A DNA stretch of 61,305 nt, filler included, from 3 parts of 3 records of this genome joined end to end with filler, not necessarily neighbours in it; one strand, 5' to 3'; shown: positions 48,566 through 58,167, numbered from the whole stretch's first letter. Numbers and translations are program-made. Notes: generated by a model from the letters alone, not told the origin.

Positions 48566-49381
48566 GTGACGAAGATCGTGGTCGTGACATCCGGCAAGGG
48601 TGGCGTCGGCAAAACCACCACCAGTGCAGCGCTGGCCACAGGCCTTGCCCTGCGCGGTTTTAAAACCACTGTGATTGATTTTGATGTAGGCCTGCGCAAC
48701 CTGGACCTGATCATGGGGTGCGAACGTCGTGTGGTCTATGATCTGGTCAACGTGATCAGTGGCGATGCCAACATCAAGCAGGCGCTGATCAAGGACAAGA
48801 AGGTGGACAACCTGTTCATCCTCCCGGCCTCCCAGACCCGCGACAAGGACGCCCTCACCATTGAAGGCGTGGAAGGCGTACTCAACGCCCTGCGTGATGA
48901 CATGCAGATGGACTACATTATCTGCGACAGCCCCGCCGGCATCGAAAAAGGCGCCCTGATGGCAGCCTACTTCGCCGACGAGGCCGTGGTCGTCACCAAC
49001 CCGGAAGTCTCCAGCGTACGGGACTCTGACCGCATCATCGGCATTCTGGCCAGCAAGACCCGCCATGCCGAACTGGGCGACGGGGACATCCCCTCCCGCC
49101 TGCTGCTGACCCGCTACTCCCCGGAACGGGTAGAGAACGGACAGATGCTGTCGGTGGAAGACGTGCAGGAAATTCTCGCCATTGAACTGCTTGGCGTGAT
49201 CCCGGAATCCCAGGCGGTGCTCAATGCCAGTAACTCCGGCAGCCCGGTGATCCTGGATACGGATTCCGACGCCGGTCAGGCCTACAGCGATGCCGTTGCC
49301 CGCTTCCTGGGTGACCAGCTGCCGCACCGCTTTCTTACCACTAACAAGAAAGGTCTATTCGGCCGTCTGTTTGGAGGCTAA
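48566..49381 (+). CDS. minD: Septum site-determining ATPase MinD
   Basis: TSGKGGVGKTT, DVGLRNLD, DSPAG and C-terminal amphipathic KGLFGRLFGG. GTG start at 48566. Confidence 0.97.
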   Translation: MTKIVVVTSGKGGVGKTTTSAALATGLALRGFKTTVIDFDVGLRNLDLIMGCERRVVYDLVNVISGDANIKQALIKDKKVDNLFILPASQTRDKDALTIEGVEGVLNALRDDMQMDYIICDSPAGIEKGALMAAYFADEAVVVTNPEVSSVRDSDRIIGILASKTRHAELGDGDIPSRLLLTRYSPERVENGQMLSVEDVQEILAIELLGVIPESQAVLNASNSGSPVILDTDSDAGQAYSDAVARFLGDQLPHRFLTTNKKGLFGRLFGG

Positions 49382-49384
49382 CGG

Positions 49385-49636
49385 ATGAGCATCTTCAGTT
49401 ATCTGCTTCCTAAAAGGCAGAACACGGCATCTGTGGCAAAAGAGCGCCTGCAGATCATTGTGGCCCGCGAACGCTCCACCCGCGGTGGCCCGGATTACCT
49501 GCCGCAGCTTCAGGAAGAACTGCTGCAAGTGGTGCGTAAATATGTCCCAGTGGATCAGGACGCCGTGAACGTTCAGATGGACCGGGAATCCGGCTGTGAA
49601 ATTCTCGAACTGAATATCACCCTGCCGGAAGCCTGA
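49385..49636 (+). CDS. minE: Cell division topological specificity factor MinE
   Basis: TASVAKERLQII and LELNITLP. Confidence 0.96.
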   Translation: MSIFSYLLPKRQNTASVAKERLQIIVARERSTRGGPDYLPQLQEELLQVVRKYVPVDQDAVNVQMDRESGCEILELNITLPEA

Positions 49637-49739
49637 TTCCATGGTGAGCGCCCCTGTTGCTGACAACCTCTGCAGCACAGGGGCGCCCTCTACCGCCTTG
49701 CCTCATCTCACTTCGAGCAAACCCACTTGCGCGCCCCTC

Positions 49740-50051
49740 TCACTGCGGTAACACCTGCCACTCCGGCTCGTCGTACTCGCCGATCACGGTGACATCCACC
49801 ACTTTCGCATGCTTTTCCAGTATCGCCTTTACCCTGGCGCTGCGGCTGTCGTCCTTGGCATCGCGGTGCGCCTTGCTCTCCCAGTGGGCGATGGCCAGTA
49901 CCGTGTCCGGGTGGCCGATCTTGCGGTGTAAATAAGTGCCTTTTGCTCCCTCGCTCTGCTGGATAATCTCACTGGCTTCCACCCAGCCCCGGGCATATTC
50001 CTCCACGCTAAAACCCGGCTTGACGCGTACCTCAAAAATAAATTTCATCAT
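49740..50051 (-). CDS. Antibiotic biosynthesis monooxygenase (ABM)-like protein
   Basis: 103 aa; VRVKPG, GTYLHR and AIAHWES; ATGA-coupled to the upstream gene. Confidence 0.75.
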   Translation of the reverse strand: MMKFIFEVRVKPGFSVEEYARGWVEASEIIQQSEGAKGTYLHRKIGHPDTVLAIAHWESKAHRDAKDDSRSARVKAILEKHAKVVDVTVIGEYDEPEWQVLPQ

Positions 50052-50809
50052 CGCTCTCCCTGTCGATAGAACTGAGCCAACAGGCGGTACAGGGCTGGCC
50101 AGTCTTTATAGAGCTGATCCGGCCCTTCGAAGAACGCCTCGCTACAGACAGCAAAAAACTCACCCGGCCCGGTCAACGCATAAGCATCCACAGGCATGGG
50201 CCGGTGGTGCTGATAATCACTCAACAGCTCTTCCCAGCAGGCGGTGAAGGTGTCATGCCATTGCTTCGGGTTCATCCCTCTATGCAACGGCGGCCTGCCG
50301 TTGGCCCCGTTGCGGCGCATATCCAGTTTGTGCGACATCTCGTGAATCACCACATTACTGGCCACGTTATCCGGCGCACAGGCATCACAAATCGCATCCC
50401 AGGACAGAATCACCGGCCCCTGATGCCAGGCCTCTCCCGCCAACACCGGTCCCTGGGCATGGACCACACCGTCTTCACTGAGGTGAGGCCGGTTGGGGAT
50501 GAAGGCGCCTTCATACAGAATCACGGTGTACCAACCGTCATACCAGTCCAACCCCAGATACAGAATCGGCACACAGGCCATGGTCGCCACTTTCAGGCAC
50601 ATGGCATCGGTGTAAACGAACCCGCCGCCAGAGGCGATGCTTTTTCGAGCCAGAAAACGCAGCGAAAGAGCAAACAGCGCATCCCGCTCTTCACCTTCAA
50701 ACCGGGCCATTAACGGCCAGTCTGACACAGCCGCTTCCCACTCCTGCCGGGTATATCCCATCTTCCTGACCCGGCGAGCGTCCCGCCAGTTCTTCCAGGC
50801 TGCAAACAT
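50048..50809 (-). CDS. mtfA: M90 zinc peptidase (MtfA family)
   Basis: GEAWHQGPVILSW, NVVIHEMSHKLD (HExxH), DAYA and EFFAV. Confidence 0.88.
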   Translation of the reverse strand: MFAAWKNWRDARRVRKMGYTRQEWEAAVSDWPLMARFEGEERDALFALSLRFLARKSIASGGGFVYTDAMCLKVATMACVPILYLGLDWYDGWYTVILYEGAFIPNRPHLSEDGVVHAQGPVLAGEAWHQGPVILSWDAICDACAPDNVASNVVIHEMSHKLDMRRNGANGRPPLHRGMNPKQWHDTFTACWEELLSDYQHHRPMPVDAYALTGPGEFFAVCSEAFFEGPDQLYKDWPALYRLLAQFYRQGER

Positions 50810-50949
50810 GCACTGCCCTCACGTGATTGCGTGGTCGTATTGTGATTACCGGTGTCTACTTTGACCATGATAGCGGCGTTTCACCAGTCGTTACCGCCCG
50901 GTACGGCTGTGCTACCATCGCCGACCGTCTCTGCTGCGAATAGTGTTCA

Positions 50950-51915
50950 GTGTCTATCCACCAAGCTCATAAAGCCGACCTGCTGCTTCTGGTGGTCACC
51001 CTTCTGGCAGCCATCAGCTGGATGTTCTCCAAAGAAGCCGTGCTGGCCATGCCTCCGCTGCTGTTCATGTCACTGCGTTTCCTGCTGGCAGCAAGCCTGC
51101 TGGCCATGGCGGCCCACCGTCAACTGCGTCGCCTGAGCCGCCAGCAACTGCTTCGTTGCGTCCGTGTCGGTACTGTTTTCGGCATCGCCATGAGCTGCTG
51201 GGTAATGGGCCTGGCCATGGGTGAACATGTGGGTGAAGGCGCCTTTCTGACCAGCCTGGGAGTGGTGCTGGTGCCAGTGATCGCCCGGCTGATCTTTGCC
51301 GAACCCGTGCCCGGCAGTACCTGGCTGGCGCTGCCAGTGGCCGCTGCGGGGCTGGCCCTGCTGTCCCTGGATCAGGGACTGCACCTGGAAGCCGGGCAGT
51401 TATTTTTTGTGGCCGCCGCCACCATTTTTGCGCTCTATTTCAATCTCAATACCCGCGCCGCCAACACCCTCTCCACGCAGGGCATGAATGGCGAATTTAT
51501 TGAACACCCACGCGTCCCTGCTCTGGCGTTGACCACGGTAGTGCTCGCCGTGGTGGGCGTGCTAACCGGTGTGTTGTCCGCCATTTTCGAACCTTGGCAA
51601 CCTGTCGCGGCCAACGCCACACCCATACTGGCCCTGTGGGTGGTACTCAGTGCCACGGTAGGCACCGCCCTGCGTTTTCTGGTACAAACCTATGCGCAAA
51701 GCCTGTCACTGCACAGCCATGGTGTTGTCATTATGGTGCTGGAACCCATGTGGACCGCACTGATGGCCGCCGCCTGGTTCGGCGAACAGATGACACTGCT
51801 GCAACTGGCAGGTTGCGCGCTGATCTTTCTGTCGCTTCTGGTCAATCGCTGGCGAGCTGTACGCAGCCTCCTCAAGGTTTTCCTGAGCCGGTTTTTTGTT
51901 TCAACCCCAAAGTAA
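50950..51915 (+). CDS. DMT/EamA family transporter
   Basis: About 10 TM helices; GAFLTSL, QTYAQ and LEPMW. Confidence 0.88.
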   Translation: MSIHQAHKADLLLLVVTLLAAISWMFSKEAVLAMPPLLFMSLRFLLAASLLAMAAHRQLRRLSRQQLLRCVRVGTVFGIAMSCWVMGLAMGEHVGEGAFLTSLGVVLVPVIARLIFAEPVPGSTWLALPVAAAGLALLSLDQGLHLEAGQLFFVAAATIFALYFNLNTRAANTLSTQGMNGEFIEHPRVPALALTTVVLAVVGVLTGVLSAIFEPWQPVAANATPILALWVVLSATVGTALRFLVQTYAQSLSLHSHGVVIMVLEPMWTALMAAAWFGEQMTLLQLAGCALIFLSLLVNRWRAVRSLLKVFLSRFFVSTPK

Positions 51916-51926
51916 AAGGAGTTCCA

Positions 51927-52541
51927 ATGGGTGGAGAAATAGCGCAACTCATCACCATGACGCTACCGACCTTTCTGGTCGCCATCGCCGGTTTTGTACT
52001 GGCCGGCATTTTCATGCCAAAGGCACGGACCGCCGCCATTCTGGTATTGATCGCCTCGCTGCTCAGTCTGGTCCATATCGCCTATATGTGCCTGCAGCAA
52101 TTCGTGCTGATCGAAATGCTGTATGACGACAAGATATCTGGCGATCTTTTTGCCCTGATCTCCAGCGGCATCTACAACGGGCTGTACCTGATCATCAGCG
52201 CACTGATGCTGGGTGCCGCCTTTACCGGTCGCCATCAGCCTGTGACAAACGCCCCGCAAAACACCGCCATCAACACCAATGCAGCACCACACCGTGGCGG
52301 GCTGGTACTCACACTTGGCCTGTTGGGAGTACTGTTATTTGCGCCTGTCGGTATTGTCGCCTGGATTCTGGGCAACAAGGATTTGGCAGCCATGCGCCAG
52401 GGCAACATGGATAGCAGCGGTGAAGGCATGACGCTGGCGGGCAAGGTGCTGGGCATTCTGGCCACGGTGATGTTCCTCCTGGGAATCCTGGCGGTCATTG
52501 CTGGCATTGTCATCGTCGCAACCAGTTATCGAGGATTCTGA
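51927..52541 (+). CDS. Membrane protein with DUF4190-like C-terminal hairpin
   Basis: ATG at 51927 after AAGGAG; three N-terminal TMs; C-terminal HRGGLVLTLG...AWILGNKDL...AGKVLGI. Confidence 0.7.
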   Translation: MGGEIAQLITMTLPTFLVAIAGFVLAGIFMPKARTAAILVLIASLLSLVHIAYMCLQQFVLIEMLYDDKISGDLFALISSGIYNGLYLIISALMLGAAFTGRHQPVTNAPQNTAINTNAAPHRGGLVLTLGLLGVLLFAPVGIVAWILGNKDLAAMRQGNMDSSGEGMTLAGKVLGILATVMFLLGILAVIAGIVIVATSYRGF

Positions 52542-52712
52542 TCTCCATCCCCACCGCCCCGCTTCACAACACTCGTGGAGCGGGGAATACTTCCCCTCCG
52601 GCCAGCCCCGTCTGACGACTTTGTCTACGCCCGTGTGACCCAGTTCCTTCTCTCATTCTTCAGTTGGCGCACCATTTGGACCCAATAATGCCAATAAGAA
52701 AAGACTGACATA

Positions 52713-53891
52713 ATGACGGGACCGTTCTCACGTGCTGCTATCGCCAGCCTGACCCTGACATTGCTGCCCCTTGCCAGCATGGCCGACTCGGCCTGCCTGA
52801 GCGCCGCCCCCACAGCAACAACAGCCTCTCTGGCCATCAGCCAGGATGATGAACAGCTTCTGGAGCTGCTGGGCCACCAGGCGACGACAACGCAAGCCCG
52901 CACACTGCTTGCCTATAACCAACAGGCCAGCAGCATCAACAAACCCATTCTGGGGAATTACGCGCGCCTGCGGTTGGCCGCCCTGGCCCTGAAAGACGGC
53001 GACACCGAGTTTGCCCGGCAACAACTCAGCGAAGTGGAGCAAAACAGCACCGCCGCTGTCGATGCCGCCTTCCTGCTGGCAGAGAGCTACCGACGCGACG
53101 GTGACAAGGAGCGGGCCCGGGCCTGGTTTATCCGTATTGCCGCGCGCTTCCCGGGCAACCCGCGGGCGGTGTCCGGGCTGGTGCTGGCCGGCGATGACTG
53201 GCGCAATCAGGGCGCCGATGCGCTAGCCCTGCCGGTGTACAACCTGGCACTGACCAAAGCGGCAGAAAACCTCAACGCCCTGGAACAGCTCTCCAACGAG
53301 CCGGAGCAGCTGTACCGCACTCTCACCAACACCGTGGCCGGCAACAGCACCACGGTCATGGATCAGCTGGTACTGGCCATGGTCCGTGATGACGATAGCC
53401 AGGTTCTTGCCGCCACCCGCCAACTCATGGCGGCTCATCACCAGGACAAATGCCTGGCTCGTCGGCAAACCGACCTGAATAACGCCATTCAGCATGCCAC
53501 CGCCAGAGACCTTACCAATGGCGCCTTCCGCACCGCCGCGAAGCGGGAAAAAGCAGCCACAGAGCAGGAAATCGCCGATTTGCAGCGCATTCTGCAAAAC
53601 GCCCCGGATGCCGAGGAGCTAAACGCACGGCTAGCCGACGCCCGGCAGCGGCTGGAGCGGCTGAACACTCGGCTCAATAAACTCGGAGGCACCGCCCTGC
53701 CCGCTGCACTGCAGCAACGCAAAGACCAGTTGGCGCTGGAAAAACAACAAGTGGAATCGAACCTGACCACGGCGCGGCGCCAGGTACGTGACGCGCTGGA
53801 AGCCCAACTTCCGGAATTGGAAACGTTCTATCGGAATCTGGCGGGGGAAGCGCAACTGGGCAAGGCCCAGCTGCTGCAGAAAAAATCCTGA
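52713..53891 (+). CDS. Exported TPR/coiled-coil protein of unknown function
   Basis: Signal peptide (ASMA-D), TPR-like helices (YARLRLA, FLLAESY, ARFP) and a heptad-rich C-terminus. Confidence 0.7.
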   Translation: MTGPFSRAAIASLTLTLLPLASMADSACLSAAPTATTASLAISQDDEQLLELLGHQATTTQARTLLAYNQQASSINKPILGNYARLRLAALALKDGDTEFARQQLSEVEQNSTAAVDAAFLLAESYRRDGDKERARAWFIRIAARFPGNPRAVSGLVLAGDDWRNQGADALALPVYNLALTKAAENLNALEQLSNEPEQLYRTLTNTVAGNSTTVMDQLVLAMVRDDDSQVLAATRQLMAAHHQDKCLARRQTDLNNAIQHATARDLTNGAFRTAAKREKAATEQEIADLQRILQNAPDAEELNARLADARQRLERLNTRLNKLGGTALPAALQQRKDQLALEKQQVESNLTTARRQVRDALEAQLPELETFYRNLAGEAQLGKAQLLQKKS

Positions 53892-53955
53892 AGGGAGCGC
53901 CTGATGCGGGATGCCTGTGACGATGGCCACCGTCGCAGGCCCCTTACCTTAGCTC

Positions 53956-54222
53956 TTAGCCCTTGTGGCTTTTCAACAAGGCATCCACCTTGTCGATGTA
54001 TTTCTGCTTGGCCTCATCTGCCCCCAACCCTTTCAGCTTGGCCCACGCGTCATACTTGGCGCGCCCCACCATATCCAGCATTCCCGGGCGTTTACCAGCC
54101 ACATCACCGGTGCTTCCCTGCTTGAAGTGCGCATAGAGAAACAGCAGGTCATCATTGGACGGTTTGCTGTCGAGGGTTTTGACATCTTTCTGGGCTTGTT
54201 CAAATCGGGCAGTATCGGTCAT
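53956..54222 (-). CDS. Acyl-CoA-binding protein (ACBP)
   Basis: PSNDDLLFLYAHFKQ, RPGMLD, RAKYDAW and AKQKYI; 88 aa from MTDT. Confidence 0.93.
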   Translation of the reverse strand: MTDTARFEQAQKDVKTLDSKPSNDDLLFLYAHFKQGSTGDVAGKRPGMLDMVGRAKYDAWAKLKGLGADEAKQKYIDKVDALLKSHKG

Positions 54223-54359
54223 GATGTTTCCTGTCGGTGTGATCATTGTTGTATAAGGCTCGAGCCTTAATTTCTGCAAGAAATAGTGCGCTGTGATCGC
54301 CGATGAATCAACATAAGCGCTACCAACAAAATCAAAACGAAGAATAATCAGGTTACGCC

Positions 54360-55586
54360 ATGAGCGACGCAGGGCAATCCCAGGCCAGCCAGAGTCTTGA
54401 CCCGCAGCAGGAAGGCATTCTTCGCAATGCTATCAATACCTTTCTGGTGCAATTCGATCGAGCCCAGGAACGGCGATACGCAGAGCACGCGCATCAACGC
54501 GCGCGGGATCTGATCAATCGCTCCGTTTACCTGCTGATGGGGCTATACCTGCTGGTCGTTCTGCCGGTGATCATGCTGGTCAAAACGCCGGAAATGGCCG
54601 CCTGGCGAAGCTACGGCGTTTATCCCATCGCCGTAGCCCTGATCGGGCTATGGTGCTGTACCCGGCTGAGCTGGCTGCGCCCTCACGCCATTGGCGTCAT
54701 GTATCTGGCGCTGGGCTTGTCCCTGTCCGGTACCGTTTTAGGGGCGATCCGTTTTAATGGCAGTTTCCCCGGGCAGATTTCTTCTTTCGAAACCATTTAT
54801 CTGCTTATTATCGGCTTCTCGATTCTGCGCCTTCCTCCCCGGCAGACGCTCATCACCTGCACCATGGCCGCCGTGGTGGCCTTTGCAATCAGCCTGCTCA
54901 TGCGCCTGGACCTTCCATTGTTGCTCGTGTCTCTGTCGTTCGGCATCCCGCTGATCATCTGCACCCTGAACGGCTACATTCTGGATATCAGTGCACGGCG
55001 CAATTTTGCCAACAACCTGTTACTGGCCCATGAATCCGAGCAATTGAAACACTGGAGAGAGCAGGCAGAAAAAGACACGCGCCGGCAGCAACAGCTCAAT
55101 ACTTTTATGGAGCAAATCGCCGGCAACCTGACACCCACACAATTACTGGAACGGGTGCTGGGTTATCTGGTTCAGCAAGTGAATGCGCAGGTGGGCGCGG
55201 CCTACACGCTGGAAAAGGACACTCTGGTACGCCAGGCCGGCTGGGCACTGAACGGCGCAGCTCAGACCCGCGACACCCTGCCCGCAGGCGAGGGGCTGCT
55301 TGGCGCCGCGCTAAACCAGCGGCTGCTGATGCAGCAACATCAGGTACCACAGGATTATCTGGATCTGGAAACCGGCCAGGGGAAACGGGCGCCTGGCACC
55401 GTGTTGCTATGGCCGCTGGTACAAGGTGACCACCCACTGGGGATTATTGAAATTGCCAACACTCAGGGGTTTGACCAAGAACAGCAGACGCTGATCAGCG
55501 AGCTACACCGCCCTCTCGCCTTTGCACTGCAGTCCGCACAGCGCCGCCAGCAGTTTCTGGACCAGGCCGCCAGCGCCACCGCATAA
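54360..55586 (+). CDS. Membrane protein with about 6 TMs, a coiled linker and a C-terminal GAF domain
   Basis: Hydrophobic N-half; GEGLLG, VPQDY and PLVQGDHPLGIIEI GAF-like motifs; no output domain. Confidence 0.75.
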   Translation: MSDAGQSQASQSLDPQQEGILRNAINTFLVQFDRAQERRYAEHAHQRARDLINRSVYLLMGLYLLVVLPVIMLVKTPEMAAWRSYGVYPIAVALIGLWCCTRLSWLRPHAIGVMYLALGLSLSGTVLGAIRFNGSFPGQISSFETIYLLIIGFSILRLPPRQTLITCTMAAVVAFAISLLMRLDLPLLLVSLSFGIPLIICTLNGYILDISARRNFANNLLLAHESEQLKHWREQAEKDTRRQQQLNTFMEQIAGNLTPTQLLERVLGYLVQQVNAQVGAAYTLEKDTLVRQAGWALNGAAQTRDTLPAGEGLLGAALNQRLLMQQHQVPQDYLDLETGQGKRAPGTVLLWPLVQGDHPLGIIEIANTQGFDQEQQTLISELHRPLAFALQSAQRRQQFLDQAASATA

Positions 55587-55605
55587 ACTCTCTCCCCCTG
55601 CAGCC

Positions 55606-56250
55606 TTAATCAATGCCACGGGCGGCCTTGGCCGCCTTCAAGGGTGCAGATAGCAGCTCGGGCTTGCGCGGCACGATATCCGCCAACGATGCCACCATCC
55701 GGGCCATGTCCGCGTCCATATCTCCGGTAGGCAAGAAACAGTCGACGATACGTACCTGCCGGCGCCGGTAGCAAAACCCCAGCACCACAATCGGCACAGC
55801 CATTTGCTCGGCAATACGGTAAAATCCGGTTTTCCAGCGCTTGGCGCCAGTGCGTGTCCCTTCCGGAGCCAGGCCCAGCCAAAATGGCGTCTCACGCATG
55901 ATTTCTGTGGTCTGTTCCACCACGTCCCGCGCACTTTCGCGGTTCACCGGAATCCCCCCAAGCCAGTACATAAACCGCCCCAGGCGCCCCTCAAACAGGG
56001 TGTGTTTGCCCATGAAACGCACCTGCACCCGTAGCGACTGGATGGCACTGATGCCGATCAGGCCATCTATGTTCGAGGTATGCGGCGCCACCGCTAGAAC
56101 CACGCGAGACGTATTGGGCAAGCGGCCAACAATGCGCCACCCCATGGCCCCCAGTATCAATTTGCCCAACCCCGCCAGCAGCCAGTGGCCGCGACGGGGC
56201 ACCTGATCCCCCAGTGTCCGCGCTGTCAGCGGTGCCAGTTCCGATTTCAT
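55606..56250 (-). CDS. PlsC-like lysophospholipid acyltransferase
   Basis: APHTSNID (HxxxxD), GGIPVNR, APEGTR and WKTGFY. Confidence 0.9.
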   Translation of the reverse strand: MKSELAPLTARTLGDQVPRRGHWLLAGLGKLILGAMGWRIVGRLPNTSRVVLAVAPHTSNIDGLIGISAIQSLRVQVRFMGKHTLFEGRLGRFMYWLGGIPVNRESARDVVEQTTEIMRETPFWLGLAPEGTRTGAKRWKTGFYRIAEQMAVPIVVLGFCYRRRQVRIVDCFLPTGDMDADMARMVASLADIVPRKPELLSAPLKAAKAARGID

Positions 56251-57032
56251 GCAAATACCGTAAAAGTCTGTCGACTCAGTGCCACGGCCTTCCCGTCCGC
56301 GTCCCAGATCACCGCCTGGCTTTGTCCATAGCCATCACTGCACTGGTCAGTGTTTACCCGATATTGCCACAAAGTATCCGCCGGTCGAGACTCTGGATCA
56401 TCCAGCAACTCCATGGTCCAGGTCAGAGAGCTGGCCGGTGCCGGACCTTTGAGTAGAGGCAGCACCGAAGGCGGCCAGGTATCAACCAGGGCAATCAACG
56501 CCGCCGTACTCATGGTCTCCGGTGGCACGGCAAAGCCCATGTAACCCCCGAAATCCGGTGTTGCGCTAGCGCTGAACGGCGGCATGCCTTCCGCATAGCG
56601 AATATCAAAATGGGACAGGAAATCCGGCGTCAGCCCCTTGATAAACGGTAGCGCGAAGCTTTGATCTGCCCCTTTCAAACCTGGCGCAGACGGCCCTTCC
56701 ACCACCACGTTGGACTCCCGGCCCACACCGAAGCTGGCCAACATAACTGCGACCACCTGCTCCCCCTGGCGAGCGGACACCATCGCCTGCATCACCGATT
56801 TCCCTTCCCGTAACACCGTCGCTTCCAGTGCAACCTCACCGGGCGATGCCGGCGCCACAAAAGACAGAGAGAAACTACGCAAGAATCGCCCAGTCGCCAC
56901 TGTTTTTTGCAGATGGTCAAACAACACCGCACCGACCAGCCCGCCAAACAGCGCCCGGCCCTGCCCCCAGCCTTCAGGGAATCTGGCGAAGCCTTTGCCA
57001 TCCACCGTGGCCAAAATTTCATCGAATGTCAT
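56247..57032 (-). CDS. TesB-like double-hotdog acyl-CoA thioesterase
   Basis: WGQGRALFGG, LREGKS, DTWPP, ASSLTW and ALSRQ; ATGA overlap with the acyltransferase. Confidence 0.88.
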   Translation of the reverse strand: MTFDEILATVDGKGFARFPEGWGQGRALFGGLVGAVLFDHLQKTVATGRFLRSFSLSFVAPASPGEVALEATVLREGKSVMQAMVSARQGEQVVAVMLASFGVGRESNVVVEGPSAPGLKGADQSFALPFIKGLTPDFLSHFDIRYAEGMPPFSASATPDFGGYMGFAVPPETMSTAALIALVDTWPPSVLPLLKGPAPASSLTWTMELLDDPESRPADTLWQYRVNTDQCSDGYGQSQAVIWDADGKAVALSRQTFTVFA

Positions 57033-57125
57033 GATCTCTCACTTTTTGTATGCCTGAAACAGCGGCCCTTTATTTACCATCCCCATCAGATGGGTAAAAG
57101 TCATTATCCCGTCGTTAACAAGACC

Positions 57126-57153
57126 AGGGAACCTCTGAATAACTCCTTGCATG
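57126..57153. mobile_element. Probable IS5-family or MITE terminal inverted repeat at contig end
   Basis: CCAG|GGAACCTCTGAATAACTCC just before the break; similar to 35806-35824 and to IS5-subgroup ends. No transposase is visible. Confidence 0.45.
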
Positions 57154-57253
57154 NNNNNNNNNNNNNNNNNNNNNNNNNNNNNNNNNNNNNNNNNNNNTTA
57201 ATTAATTAANNNNNNNNNNNNNNNNNNNNNNNNNNNNNNNNNNNNNNNNNNNN
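57154..57253. other. Artificial contig-joining spacer
   Basis: N44-TTAATTAATTAA-N44, identical to the first spacer. Confidence 0.98.
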
Positions 57254-57254
57254 C

Positions 57255-58133
57255 CTGCTGCTGTGCCAGCATCTTGATGAACGTGCCAAGAAGCTGCAGA
57301 AAAGCATCAATATGCGCACAGCAATGCAGCGCGAAAAGGACGAGGCGCTTCAACCGCTTGATGCCGAAAACCTCGCCCAGCTTGAAGAAACCATTCACAC
57401 CGCCGATCTTTCCGAACATATCCGTCAGCAACCGGTATGCGTCTTTGCCCATGGTAGCTCAAGGGAACTGCACCCGGTCTTTGACGAGTTCTTTGTCTCG
57501 ATCACCGATCTGCGTAATGCCTTGATGCCAAGTATCGATCTTGCATCGAACCGCTGGCTGTTCCAGCATATGACCGAAGTGCTGGATAAACGCATGCTCA
57601 ATTATCTGTGCAAGCGAACCTTCAAGACACACGCAAGTTCGTTCTCGCTTAACTTGAACCTTGGCACCCTGACATCGAAAGATTTCGAAAAATTCGACGA
57701 GACCGTTCGCCGTAAATGGCCAGGCAATGTCATCATTGAACTTAATCAGGTCGATCTGTTTTCCAATCTGGAAACCTATCTGAAGGTCCGCGATGATTTC
57801 CACAAGCGCGGTTATCGTATTCTGATTGATAACCTGACGGTGGAATCGCTTTCATTTGTCGATCGCAAAAGCCTGAAAGCCGATTTTATCAAAGTCGCAT
57901 GGCGCGAAGAAATGACCGATAACGTCATTCGTAAAAAATACGGCGAAATGGATAGTCTGGTGAAAAATTCCGGCCGCGAGCGCGTGATCCTGTGCCGTTG
58001 CGATTCGCCAACGGCGATCAAGTTTGGCCAGTCACTTGGCATCACCCTGTTCCAGGGACGCTATATCGATCAAATGATCGCCCGTCAGCGCCGTGCAAAA
58101 CGCGCCAGCAAAGCAGCTCAGCAACAGAAATAA
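57255..58133 (+). CDS. Degenerate EAL-domain protein (5' end cut by contig start)
   Basis: The frame is open from 57255 (LLLCQHLDER...). QQP, SLNLN, IIEL, DFIKV and LFQG mark the EAL fold. Confidence 0.78.
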   Translation: MLLCQHLDERAKKLQKSINMRTAMQREKDEALQPLDAENLAQLEETIHTADLSEHIRQQPVCVFAHGSSRELHPVFDEFFVSITDLRNALMPSIDLASNRWLFQHMTEVLDKRMLNYLCKRTFKTHASSFSLNLNLGTLTSKDFEKFDETVRRKWPGNVIIELNQVDLFSNLETYLKVRDDFHKRGYRILIDNLTVESLSFVDRKSLKADFIKVAWREEMTDNVIRKKYGEMDSLVKNSGRERVILCRCDSPTAIKFGQSLGITLFQGRYIDQMIARQRRAKRASKAAQQQK

Positions 58134-58167
58134 CCCGCCGCCTGACCTTAAAACCAACCAATGACGA

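Noticed and set aside
51594..51926. N-terminal extension of the 315-aa ORF overlapping the DMT gene
   Set aside because: The SD and ATG at 51927 give a non-overlapping gene, and the extension looks non-coding.
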